DNA of 64,000 nucleotides, counting the filler, from Dirinaria sp. TL-2023a (Eukaryota), in NCBI GenBank assembly GCA_051941275.1. It is 6 parts of 6 records of this genome, joined end to end, with 100 filler letters (N's around TTAATTAATTAA, not from the genome) between each part and the next. Parts side by side here need not be neighbours in the genome. Positions count along the whole stretch, not along the records: positions 1 to 10,777 come from JAVEBF010000906.1; positions 10,878 to 21,654 come from JAVEBF010000907.1; 4 more parts are not named here. One strand, 5' to 3'. This document shows positions 1 to 11,504 of this stretch, piece after piece (position 1 is the stretch's first letter; each line of letters begins with the position of its first letter). A program made the translations under genes and the position numbers. Below the pieces are notes generated by a model. It was not told the DNA's origin, searched no databases, and worked only from the letters and a program-made list of their open reading frames with translations.

Positions 1-826
1 CGTAGGAATAATATCATTTATCTATTGATTAGTATATTTCATAGAAGTAGGAAACTTGTGTCTCGATTTTCTGAGAACGGTGGAGTGCTCGGCGGATCTT
101 TTTTTGCGGGCGACTGGCTGGTTGGTTCTTGAGTGGTTGATGCTGGGTTTCTGAAATATTCTTTCTGGGGAAGGCATAAGGAAAAGGGGGAGCGTGATTG
201 CTGTGGGAAGATGTTTGGATTGACTCATCGTCCCTTGTGGGATTTTTGGTTTTAGTGATAGCTCCTAGCGGTAGGGGTGCTGATTAGAAATGTTTCTATA
301 ATTTTTTCTTTTCATTTTAAAAGATCGTCCTTGCCTTTTCTCTAGCGTGGTCGTTCGAGGATAATTTGGGCTTTAGGTTGGCATACGGACCATACATACC
401 TTAGCCTAGCGAAGAAAGGCACACTTGTGATTCGTATCTGTTCCTGAACTAGGTATCTTCAGCGTTGCGCAACGTAGGTCCTTGAGACGTGAGACGTTGA
501 CTAAGCCTGAAGAAGAACAGTCTAATAAAACTTATATAAAACTTCAAGGATCTAGTAATGTATGGCAAAGGTTAAACCGGTCTTATAATGTGATTAGGAA
601 ATGGCGTGGAGAGCACTGAGAGATTCTCCAGGAGTATATACATGAAATCTGGCTTCCTGCGGAGGTTCCAAAGTAAAAAGTGCCGCTGAGAAAGCCTCCC
701 ATGGAAATGCATAATTGAATGGCCACAGGAAGGCGGCGCGATCGAACATCAGTGTGCAAGAGAGATGCTCCTTGCACGTGGTCGTCTCGAGGACGTAACG
801 AATACCAAATATAGGAGACCGAGCTT

Positions 827-1462
827 CTAGCTCTTCTCACCAATGACATTCATCTCCAAAATCTCTCTCAGCTGCTCGGAAACGTCGTACTCCCTTTCCA
901 CTGGCAGCAATCCCTTCTGCGCCAGCGCTTCAGCATCGACGACCTCCTCGTCAACAGCTGCCTTCAGTTCTCTCGCTCTGTGCGTAACATCCTCGATCTT
1001 CTCTATCCAATTCTCCACCCACTTCTTCACTATCTCTCCCGAGATTCCAATCTGTATGCTCCTGTACGGCAAAACCCCTAGCTTGAAGTCTCTCTCCGGA
1101 TCCCACTGCACCCTCACTTCCTTGCTCCTTGCTTCTTTGCTCAACGGTCCTCCATGATTGGATAACACTACAGCCTCAGAAAGCAGTTTCGCAAAGTTCT
1201 CGTGCGTCATGCTTAAAGCAAGGATGTGCGTTTGGTGGGGATCTTTGTGAGAGTAGCCCGAGCGGTACATCATCCAGCACCAGCTGGGCTTGATCCATGT
1301 CATGCGTCCGAACGAGAAGCGGGGTGAGGCGCACAGGCGTTGCTCTTTGACAGCGGGTATTGCGATTTCGGCGCAATAGGCTTGGTAGAGGGTTATCGTT
1401 TCGGTATCATAGGAGGCGCGTATTTGCCTATACGGTACTCGTACTTTGTGCCTATCAGTCAT
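827..1462 (-). CDS. DUF4291 family protein (intronless)
   Basis: ORF with RQIRA-YD-ETITLYQAY, F-SFGRMTWIKPSWCWMMYRSGY, VRVQWDPER and RSIQIG motifs typical of DUF4291; first in-frame ATG at 1462. Confidence 0.85.
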   Translation of the reverse strand: MTDRHKVRVPYRQIRASYDTETITLYQAYCAEIAIPAVKEQRLCASPRFSFGRMTWIKPSWCWMMYRSGYSHKDPHQTHILALSMTHENFAKLLSEAVVLSNHGGPLSKEARSKEVRVQWDPERDFKLGVLPYRSIQIGISGEIVKKWVENWIEKIEDVTHRARELKAAVDEEVVDAEALAQKGLLPVEREYDVSEQLREILEMNVIGEKS

Positions 1463-3288
1463 ACTCTTTCCGATTGATAGCTGTATCCTGGTCTTAGAGA
1501 GCTTTCGCAAATTAAAATGAATGGAGAAAGAAATGTCAGGCCAGGCGATGCGTGAGTCATGTTTGATTTGGACTAAGGCTCCCAGCTTATGTACATGTAG
1601 TAAACGGCTTCGGTGTCATGGGCTGGCATGTTGTCTCAAGTTGACAAGGCCGAGAGGGCTCTCGAGCAGCTCGAAGAAAACGTGTCATTAGAAGCCTGGA
1701 CGAAATCAAGATGGAGGATTTGAAGTATTCGCACTCCAAATCCCGAAATTCAGGCCGAGGCGGGTAGAGTCTCTCGTCTACCCTTGCTATGTAATCTTAC
1801 TTCACCTTGAGGCACTGTACCTACCAGATACCTTATCCAGATATCAGATATCAGGTTTAGGGTTAGGCTCACACGTATGTACCTTACCTAAGTTTTATCT
1901 GATAACCTTCGCAGAATGCGTGATGACCGTTGAAATAACAGATCGGCAATATTGATTTCCTACAAAGGTTTCCTACAAGGAAATGCTGCACGGCCACACA
2001 AGAGGTGGGATTGCGCGAAGTGCAGGACTAAGATGCAGAACCTACACGACAACGTGGTGAACGTGATGATGCTGCATAATTGACACCGCCGATATCCGGA
2101 GAGCCCGAACGAATAAGATAAGGTAGACTTCCAAATATCAAGAGCAAGTAGTGCATGAACGCTCAAGGACCATCCAAGGCTCTCGCCAAATCCTCAGCAG
2201 CGATTCGTGATCAAAACCGACTGCCTAGAAGTCAAGACGGCACGGGCGACTTGCGCGCATAAAACAAGTCATCATGCCAACACGGAGGGGAGACATTCCG
2301 ACGGCATAACGGGGGGCGAAACTCGCATGAATTATTGTGGTGAAAGGCCAAGGAAGCCCAGGATTCAAATTAATTTGGGAGGATTGCGACTACTACTGTG
2401 CAAACAATTGTGCTGCCTTTTGGACTGCCTTGACGGAACAGAAACCGGCTGCGCGATTTCCCCACGTCCTAGTCCTACTGAGCGCACAGAAGGACTTAGC
2501 ATGCACGCCCGGCAGGTAGGCGGATACATCCTTTGGCTTGGGATGCCAGGAGTTCCTGTAGCTTTGAGACTTGATGCAATGCGTGATAATGCGTGACAAT
2601 AAGGTCATGATCCATATCTAAAGGTCATCGGGAAAAAGAAAACTGGGCAGGTGCCCATCGGAGCCAGAAGCCGATATGAAAGAAAGGCATGACTCAAAAT
2701 CAGATAGTTTTGCGACATACATCATATACATGGATGTAGTCGGATTTAATAATAATCGACGGAGGCCACACCTTCCCCCTTCCCCCTTGGCAGGCGGGCG
2801 GTCTTTCGTTGTTCTCCGACTCCGAGCCCGATTATCCGGCACCGTCGGCATGATCTACGACCTAAAACTACCTTAAGCTAGGTGTGGGTCCGTCATGACT
2901 CCAAAACACTGGAGCCGGAATTAGGAGATTAGAGCACTGGCCGCTGGGGTTTGGGATCAGATCCAAGTAAGATGTGCAGAAACAAGTCACGGGATAGTAA
3001 GCAAATGGAGCAGTATGGGATTTTGAAAATGTTTATGTCATTGGTAGTATGATTCTCTACCAAAAGGCCTCAACCTCTGCAAGAGGGAGACACATCGAGC
3101 TACCTAGTGCCCTCCTCCCTCAGCGTTCTCGCTAGTCCCGTTCCGCCAGAGTAGAATATTTTTGTTGTAGTCCCAAAACATGGACAGTTTAAAGTACATG
3201 AAAAAGCCGCTCAAAACGCTGGCTGGGGTATCGTTGCATCGCTAAATCGCTTCAAAAACCAATCGTAAAGTCATGTCAGGACGCATGT

Positions 3289-4095
3289 CTAGTAGACACT
3301 GATCGCGCTGACGAGGCCTTGGGGTTTTTGAGGGATGTAGAAGCCTTTGTCGAAGAAGGAGTCCTGCTCCGATGCCGATAGTTGAGTAACATCCGACTTT
3401 TTTGAGGGGTAGAAGGAGGTGGTCGCGATAGCTTGTCGTTGCTTTTCAGAAAAGGCATCGAGATGGAACTCTGGAGCAGGGGGTGAAGGAGGCATTGGCT
3501 CGTCTTCCGATTCCGAGTCGGACTCGTGGAGGAGCTCTGGCGGATGCGAGGATGTGCGAGTGAGAGCGAGATCCTCATCGAATTCCTCATCATCGTCCTC
3601 CATATCTTCATCAATTTCCATGGCTGTGATGGTTGCTGGGGCTTCGGGATAGCGGCGAGCCATTGGTTGCGTGTAGGTGATTTCGTCATCATCAGAGTCG
3701 GAGTCGCTGTCTGAGGCTTCGTAATCCTCATCCTCGACGGCTTCTTCGGGTATTGCGTCTGCCCATTGAATGTGCTTGGGCTTTTCTGGTTCTTCGGAAG
3801 CCTTGGCAGCGCCCTTGACCGTTTGGTTAAACCAGCGCTCTTGCTCCCTCTCAGCATCGGCAAGGTCGAGCATCAGACCATCGAGAAGGTTGGCGTGGCC
3901 GACGAGACGGTGGAGATCGTGATCAGCCTTGGCTGCCTCCTTGGAGAGCTTGCCTCGGGCAGTATGCGCCAGGTAGTAGGTCTGTGTGAGAGACATCTTC
4001 TGCTTCTTCTCGATTGGTGATGAGATGGCAGTGCGGGTGATCTGTGTGGATTCAATGGATGGAGAGATGGAAGAGTATCGCAGATTGGAAGGCAT
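3289..4095 (-). CDS. ECM13/YJR115W-like protein with acidic low-complexity C-terminus
   Basis: MSLTQTYYLAHTARGKLSKEAAKADHDLHRLVGHANLLD motif; start could be ATG 4095 or ATG 3996. Confidence 0.7.
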   Translation of the reverse strand: MPSNLRYSSISPSIESTQITRTAISSPIEKKQKMSLTQTYYLAHTARGKLSKEAAKADHDLHRLVGHANLLDGLMLDLADAEREQERWFNQTVKGAAKASEEPEKPKHIQWADAIPEEAVEDEDYEASDSDSDSDDDEITYTQPMARRYPEAPATITAMEIDEDMEDDDEEFDEDLALTRTSSHPPELLHESDSESEDEPMPPSPPAPEFHLDAFSEKQRQAIATTSFYPSKKSDVTQLSASEQDSFFDKGFYIPQKPQGLVSAISVY

Positions 4096-7000
4096 TTTTA
4101 TTGTTGCGGGAATTGGGTTGTTGAGTGAGTCAGATGTCTTAATTGCCGTTTGTTGCAGGTAGAAAGTATGGGTGACCAATCAGGGTCCAGGTTGACGGAT
4201 TGGGTTAGGTGGTATCTGGTAAATCTGGTAGCGATGTGGTGGATAAGGTAAAGTTGTTGAGGAGAGAGACTGATTGCAAGTGATCCAGATTATATGTGAG
4301 ACGAGAGTTTTGGTCTGAGTTGGGAGGATGTGGAGAGATTGTGTTTGAAGATGATGGTGGCCTGAAGGACGGAATGTGGATGCCTTTATGTTTCTGGTTG
4401 TTGCGTGAATGCTCAGCTTACATATCCAAGACCATGTGTACCTTACCTCCGGCGTCCGCCCCGGATGGGGAGAATTCACTCCCGTGGCCCCTGCTTGATT
4501 ACGGACACACCGTGCTTCGGATTTCCGTAGCTTGGGGCCCGATTGGCGCTAACCTTAAAACGACAATTCTAAGCCCGTAGCACCGGTAACCCCTGTCGTG
4601 CTTCGCTTGATTGCTGCCATAATCCGACCGTGTCGGCGGAAGTAGGTGTTTTGACCGCTCATTTGGTGCGAAAGGCTATGGACAGACCAAGCTTTCGGCC
4701 TTACGAAACCATCCATTCCCGCCAACCAGAGCACTGCAATCCGACCGTGCCAAGCGGGCATGGCTGAGTCACCACGCACAATGGCCTGCCTCGCATCACT
4801 TGCTCAAAGTAATCATTTGCTCGCTCAATCAGCCACAGTAGGATTTCGTCGCATACCTCTCATGAACACTGCAATCGCATCGCAGGGTCGTCGCAATTTC
4901 CTTTTTGATTCTGCCTGGCAATCTACGAATACACTTTACGCCTTAACCGCAAGTTGAATACGCTGCTGCCTCCCTAAGGTTCAAGTGCAATTGACTAATA
5001 GCCTTTGGTGGGGTAAGCGCAAAGGCACCTGGATTTCGTGATTATCAAGCTTCCCCGCCTGGTCTACACTCTACAGTCATCTTGTTTACCCGCTTCTGGC
5101 TGTAACCCTTCCCTATGTGACTCAAAATTGATACCTATTGCACCATGCATTATCTTTGGCTTATGCCTTGGAATATTATTAATGTTCATAGACAATGAAT
5201 CACATCAAGTAAGTCCACTTCTTATGCGACATCCACTGCCTTCAACTGAAGCGTGTGTGATGCTACTGACCGCTTCAACTTCCTCGGCACCGCCAGAATG
5301 TATGTACATACGGAGGAACCTGCAGCAAGTGCTTCACAAGACAACATGACTGATGCTTATCGGTAGAAGCATTGGTCCGCTTAGGGCGCACCATTGGTAC
5401 TCAGCCTCGATAGACGTGGGATTAATGACCGTTAACCATTGAGGGACGGAGGTAAGGTACCCCTGATTACAACATCCGTCTGCAGAGGCCCCGAACCCCA
5501 CCTTTGCTGGGCTAGAGGTTGGTAAGGTTCTCACGCTCGCGTGGCAGGACAAGGTGTCTTCGTCTGTAGGGCCACCAATCATTACAGATTTTTGTTGGCT
5601 TGGCCCCAAGCCCTAAGGTACCTCTCATACAAGGTTGCTAAGGTACTCCGTACTTTACTTTACCTTATGGCCTTACGGCCGTTTGACAGGGTTTCTATCT
5701 ACCTTAATCACTCTCTTACGGAGGTCTTGGATTTCCTCTTTAACATGCTTGTGTCGGCAATAATAATATACATAATTCCAACCTCAGAGTCAAGCGTTCA
5801 TGCTGATCTGATCGATTATCGATGGAAGAGATCAATGGCTTGTCTGACAAATCCTGGCAGAAGATAAGGTAAGGTAGGCAAGAACCCGAATAAGGTAATG
5901 AGCTTGGTTGTCGCTTGCTGTGTTGGGCAATTGCTCAATACATTAGGAGGTTGGGACCTTTAGGCTGACTCGAGGTTAAGTTTTACTTAATGGGTAATAA
6001 GTGAATACAGCGAAGTAAAGTAGTAGGTACTGGATTATTATTGCAAATAGGCTGCATGATTCTAAGGTGTGTGCTGTTGGAACAGTTGGATGGCAGCATC
6101 TGCGTGTTTCACCGCAACTGCTTACGTTACATCGATTTGGTCAGCCCACAGCGCACTACCCTTGTCTCCAGTCACCCCAGATCCGGGCAGCTGGGTTCGA
6201 TGGGTAACACTGCCACGTGCTCGTAGCCAATTGCGAATTTGCGATGTCGCGGAATGCTTCTAGAAGGGTAATTTCCTTGCTTAGTCGACTAATAGTGCCC
6301 GCAACATGCAAATACCAGGGTGGAGGCTGCTTGAGTCCTGTCAGCTCTCTCTCTATCCAAAAGGTCCAAAAAGGCAGTCGTATCCTCTTGCGCTACTACT
6401 ACCTTACCTTACTTTACTGCTGCTGGCTGCAAACAATTGATATTGATTTGCTCTTCATGCAAGGTCCACGCCGTCTCTATCAGCTCAAATCCAATCAATA
6501 ATAGCAGGCGCAGAAGAAGCATCCAACATCCTTTAAATCTCCACGCGTCTACGCACAATGGTTGGTGGCTGGCTGACTTCATCATCCCAATATTCGGACT
6601 TCAGCACGTTTGTATGCGTGAGTGGTACTGAAGAAGTCTGAATAATGAGCATCTAAGCCACATCCACTGGAGCTTTTGGGAGCAATGATAATAATGACTT
6701 CTTCTGAATGCCCCTCCTGTTGACGTTCGCTTAAAAAAGATCCTTGCCTTAGATATTCAGTCATCCTTGGCCGGATCTCGCTTACCTCTTTTTCAGCAAT
6801 ACATTGGCTGCCTAGGTATGTTGCACTGTCTCGCTTGAGCTTCCACAAGCCATTGGCAGAAGCACGTTGGGCTCTAATAACGAACAGCGGGAAATTGACT
6901 CCATACAGACGGCAACTTTTTTGGAGGCGTCGTGGCTTTGTCCGTCCTTCAGTAAGTCGCTGAACCATCGAAGTATCTTCATCGCCCACTAGCATCAACC

Positions 7001-7220
7001 AAATTTTCCAATGGTGGGTGACCCCAAAAACATCAAGCTGGCTGCTTTTCAGAACGGCCTGCCATAGCTGATTGAGGCTGCTGGCATTGTTGAATGTTGA
7101 TGGGGTCTATTTGACCTCAAGCCCTGGCGTGACACGCTTTCGCGGGCTATCCATGCCTGGCATTTTGGGATTGAGGGATGTCACGTGTGAAAAGTTATGG
7201 TGTTGTATGATATCTTTTTC

Positions 7221-8938
7221 TTACATGCTCACACTCCCACCAAAGCCGACTGGCCTTCGCCTTCCACCTCCTTCGGGTATAATGGCCATCGCTTTATATA
7301 TCCTTCCCATTCCGCCTCCACCTCTTTCCACGAGCCTTTCGACAGCTTGGTGGACTTGTTTTTTCCTAATCTCTTTCTCATGTCCCTTGTTCTCAGATAA
7401 CATCTCCTTATCGATGCCCCTGCAAAGCATCTGGGCTCTCTCACGAATGCCAATACTCTCCAACCAATACCCCTGCTCCACCGGTCCATGAACCTCCACG
7501 CCTTCGCTGGCAGCCGTGGCAGCTTCCGCTATGCCGGTGAAATCTACATCTGCTGATAGATCGACGAGCCCCGGGGACGAGAAGGGCGAAACCTGCTTAT
7601 GGGCACGGATTCCGCGAAGACTATTCGTCGGAATTGTGTCAAGCGGGCCGTAATCAAGGATAAGAGCCCCCCCAGATGGCTTTGGCTTTGCAATCTCCAT
7701 CTGGGGAGAAGTGGAGGCTCTTGCTGGGCTAGAGGTCGCGCCACCGATCCGCCTCGCGAATTCTGCTGCATAAGAATGCGATTCTGGGGATATCTCGATG
7801 ATTGAGTCTGGTCTGTGAAGGAGAGCGCGATAGCGGGCAGACAGATTAGGCAACAACAGCGAAGGAGGTGTCGAGGCTTTAGCTACGGAAAGCTCAAAGT
7901 CTGGAGACAGAGGCTCCGTAGCTGGCTTCGGTTTTAGTATGGAAGGAGGTCGGGTGGGCGTGACCACGAGTTCGCGCCATTGCGGCTTCTGAGCCTGCGA
8001 GCCGCCTGCTGAAATCGGTAAAGGCCCAGTAGGTGTCTCCAAGATACTTGGGGAGACGTGCTGAGCGACAGACTTGAACGCATGAATAGGCAGGGCGTCG
8101 AAGAATTCATGGGCAAAGATGAATGGTGTCTTTGAAGGTTCTGTCAATTGAAATCAGCAGGCGTCGGTAGCGGCTGGGGCTCGATGTTCAACCATTGGGT
8201 ACGAATCGTATGTCCTCATACCACGTCATTGATATTCCTGCGTATTTGCTCTTACACTGAACGCCGTTCTGGACGTCTTCGAAAGGAGCTTCCCCACAGA
8301 GTAGTTCCTTCTGCGCTTCTCGCAAGGTAGGGCTAGCTTCTACTAGATATATCATTTCCACGGCTGAGGCAAGACTTCGAAACTTTGTCACCGTCTTCCA
8401 CATTGGTCAGCGCATATCACCTTCAAAACCAGCATGGCTCCTGATCTAGTCCCTACCCTAAGTACATCATCTATAAGAGTACCTCTTCCCGGTCCAACTT
8501 CAATGATCTGCACACCCTCCTTCGTCCTCCCCTGTGCCAGCCATTCGGTGACCATCCATATCCCACATAGCTCTCCAAAAATCTGCGATATTTCTGGAGA
8601 GGTCACAAAGTCACCAGTGGCACCAAACTGGTCTTTGCCTGTTGTACGAGAGGTATAGTAGCCGCCATCAGGAGAGGTGAGGCATTGGCGCATGTACGAT
8701 GCTATAGAAATAGGGCCCGTGGTCTAAAGATGGTCCAGTAAGCATGGCGCTCGTGCTCTGGCTTGGGCGAACACACAGCAATGGCTTCAGCGATGTTCTT
8801 TGCCAGTGGCGTCGACCATTGACGGCTCGCCGTTGAAGCCCATCGGAATGATTCTGGGGCAACGCATGTCGCCTTAATTGAGTTCGAAGGCCTGGCAGTT
8901 CTGAGCAGGAATCTGCAAGAACGGGCAGACCTGCTCAT
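7221..8938 (-). CDS. NDUFAF7: Mitochondrial protein arginine methyltransferase NDUFAF7/MidA (4 exons)
   Basis: [64 protein letters not shown]; three GT-AG introns join the ORF fragments; Arg/Ser-rich N-terminal presequence. Confidence 0.92.
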
Positions 8939-9523
8939 AGCAGTCCCAGGTGTTTACAGGGTGATAATATTGAGATGTTTTTCGGTCATTATGATGACGG
9001 TTCACGTCTTCGGGTTCTAGGGCTGAGGCACCAGAGAACCCTCAGTAGGTACTCGGACCGGCTTTTCCGGAGAGCGCGATGATATTGAGGTAACGAGGCT
9101 TCGAGGATACTTGGACGCTGGAGAATGGCGACGAACGGAGTGAATTTGAATACGTTTTAATTTCTACACGCCATCGCGATATCATGATATTACGCGGCGC
9201 AGCTTGCCCTGGGCAATCCCATAACTAGATCGGGAATTTGTCCTTTTTTTCTTGCCTGAGCAGCTCTCAGAATGCAAATGATGAAACCGATCGCTATCAC
9301 AGCTTGACAACTTTACACTACTGAGGAGATACTGACTCTTTCGATCCGAAACGCGTAAATTATCATTAGCTACGAACCGTGGAAGCTTTACTAATGGATC
9401 TGCCTGACGTGCTGCGATACGCCTTCTCCGAGAACATTTTGGGCATTTGGAAATAAACTTCGAATTGAAGCGCACTTTCGACCGTTGTCACTGCGTCGGC
9501 TATTATAAACCCTCAATACTCAT

Positions 9524-10777
9524 ATGGCTAGCAAGCCAAAATCCCGATGGGCAGATGAGGAGGAGGACGCGGCGTTCGAAACCCAGCGTAAAGCTGAAAA
9601 GGAAGCTAAAAAGCGTGCCAAAGCCGAAAAGCAACGGCAGCTTGCTACCTCTGAGAAGCCATCGCAGAGTACTGTCGAAGCCGGCGATACGTCGATACGA
9701 CAGCATGATTCTAGTCGAAATACCACTTACAGTAGCGACGAAGCTCCACAAAAACGGCGCAAGCTTTCCTCCTCTCCACCAGCCGCAACGACCGCCGCTC
9801 GACTCCTTCGGTTCCCGGCGCCCTCATGGGGCCCTTGTCGACATGTGGATAACTTCGAGAAGCTGAACCACATCGAGGAAGGATCGTATGGCTGGGTCTC
9901 TCGAGCGAAGGAGATAGCCTCAGGCGAAGTGGTAGCGTTGAAGAAACTGAAGATGGAGCCTGCGAATGACGGCTTTCCCGTGACTGGGCTACGGGAGATC
10001 CAGACGCTGATGGCCTGTAAGCACGAGGGTGTTGTTGGCTTGAGGGAGATCGTTATGGGCGACAGCATGAGCGAGTAAGCCGCCTTTCTCAGACGTACTC
10101 CGAGCAGGTCTTGAACGCTAAAGCTGATTGCAAAGACCAGTGTATTCCTTGTGATGGACTTCCTTGAGCACGATCTCAAGACACTCCAAGAAGACATGCA
10201 GGAGCCCTTCCTCCCCTCTGAAACTAAAACCTTGCTGCTCCAGCTCACGTCCGCGGTGCAATATCTCCACGACAATTGGATCCTGCATCGTGATCTGAAG
10301 ACCTCGAACCTCCTCATGAACAACCGCGGTCAGATTAAAGTCGCCGACTTCGGCATGGCCCGCTACTTCGGCGATCCCCCACCGCCAAAGCTGACGCAAC
10401 TCGTCGTCACCCTGTGGTACCGTGGGCCGGAACTACTCCTGAGTGCGGAAAAATACGGCACAGAGGTAGATATATGGAGCGTAGGCTGCATATTCGGCGA
10501 GCTCCTAGCCAAAGAACCGTTGTTCCAAGGCAAGAACGAAGTCGATCAGCTGTCCAAGGTATATAAATTCCCTCCACACCCCCATTCCACACCCACCCAA
10601 ACAACAACTTCCAAAACACGTCCCACATACCTACCCATATTCCAAACTCACACACTAACCCCAAAACCTCCCCACCACAAACCCAGATCTTCTCCCTCAC
10701 CGGCCTCCCCACCCCCCAAACCTGGCCCGACTACCGCGCACTCCCCAACGCGCGCACGCTGCGCCTCCCACCCACTC
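9524..10777 (+). CDS. CDK11/PITSLRE-type cyclin-dependent kinase, 3'-truncated by contig end
   Basis: [46 protein letters not shown]; introns 10075-10140 and 10559-10686. Confidence 0.9.
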
Positions 10778-10877
10778 NNNNNNNNNNNNNNNNNNNNNNN
10801 NNNNNNNNNNNNNNNNNNNNNTTAATTAATTAANNNNNNNNNNNNNNNNNNNNNNNNNNNNNNNNNNNNNNNNNNNN
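10778..10877. other. Artificial contig spacer (N44-TTAATTAATTAA-N44)
   Basis: Stop-in-all-frames linker flanked by Ns; genes on either side are cut. Confidence 0.98.
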
Positions 10878-11504
10878 GTGTGTGTATGTGTGTGTATATA
10901 CGTGTATATGTGGGGAAAAGAGGGGGTGGGGGGTTGCTTTCTACTATTGAGCATTGGATATTGAATATCGGATGAAAGTGAGGCCAGGATATGGGATGAA
11001 AGGGAAGGGAAGCAAGAAAATAAAACCCGCTCCTCCCTTTCTCGCCCCGGCCTTCCCTTCTTCCCTTCATGATATAACGCCTTTTGCAGAAGAAAAGGAA
11101 CTTACCTTACGAAATCCGCATTACGACTAGGCTACGGTATCTAAGGTTCATCAAAGGTAAAAAAAAAAAAAACTTGGCCTGGATGGATCGATGGATGGGT
11201 CAATACTTTATATTTCATATTCATATCCCCTTTCCTTTCTTTTTTTCCTTTTTTTACTCGCTCGCTAATAACGAAAAGTATAGAAACCCCCCGAATCGAA
11301 AAGTGGGCCCTCCCCCACCCAATAAGGTAATAGGTACTGCAGAGTTGAGTCTCCCCCCCTCATTTTTTTTCTCTCTCTCTCTTACTGACTTCTTCTTTCA
11401 GCATCGTCTTATCCAATCTCTCTCGTTTCCCTTTCCCTTTATCCTTCTTTTCCAACACCCGCCCACGGCGTATGTTACCACCCCACCGACACCCAATTTC
11501 CTTT

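Noticed and set aside
381..400. 5S rRNA start (CATACGGACCATAC)
   Set aside because: Similarity stops after about 14 nt; no internal A/C boxes follow
1855..1867. Interstitial telomere repeat (TTTAGGGTTAGG)
   Set aside because: Under two full units; expected by chance
10822..10833. TTAATTAATTAA repeated at regular 10.9-kb spacing as a biological repeat
   Set aside because: Always embedded in N runs; it is an assembly linker
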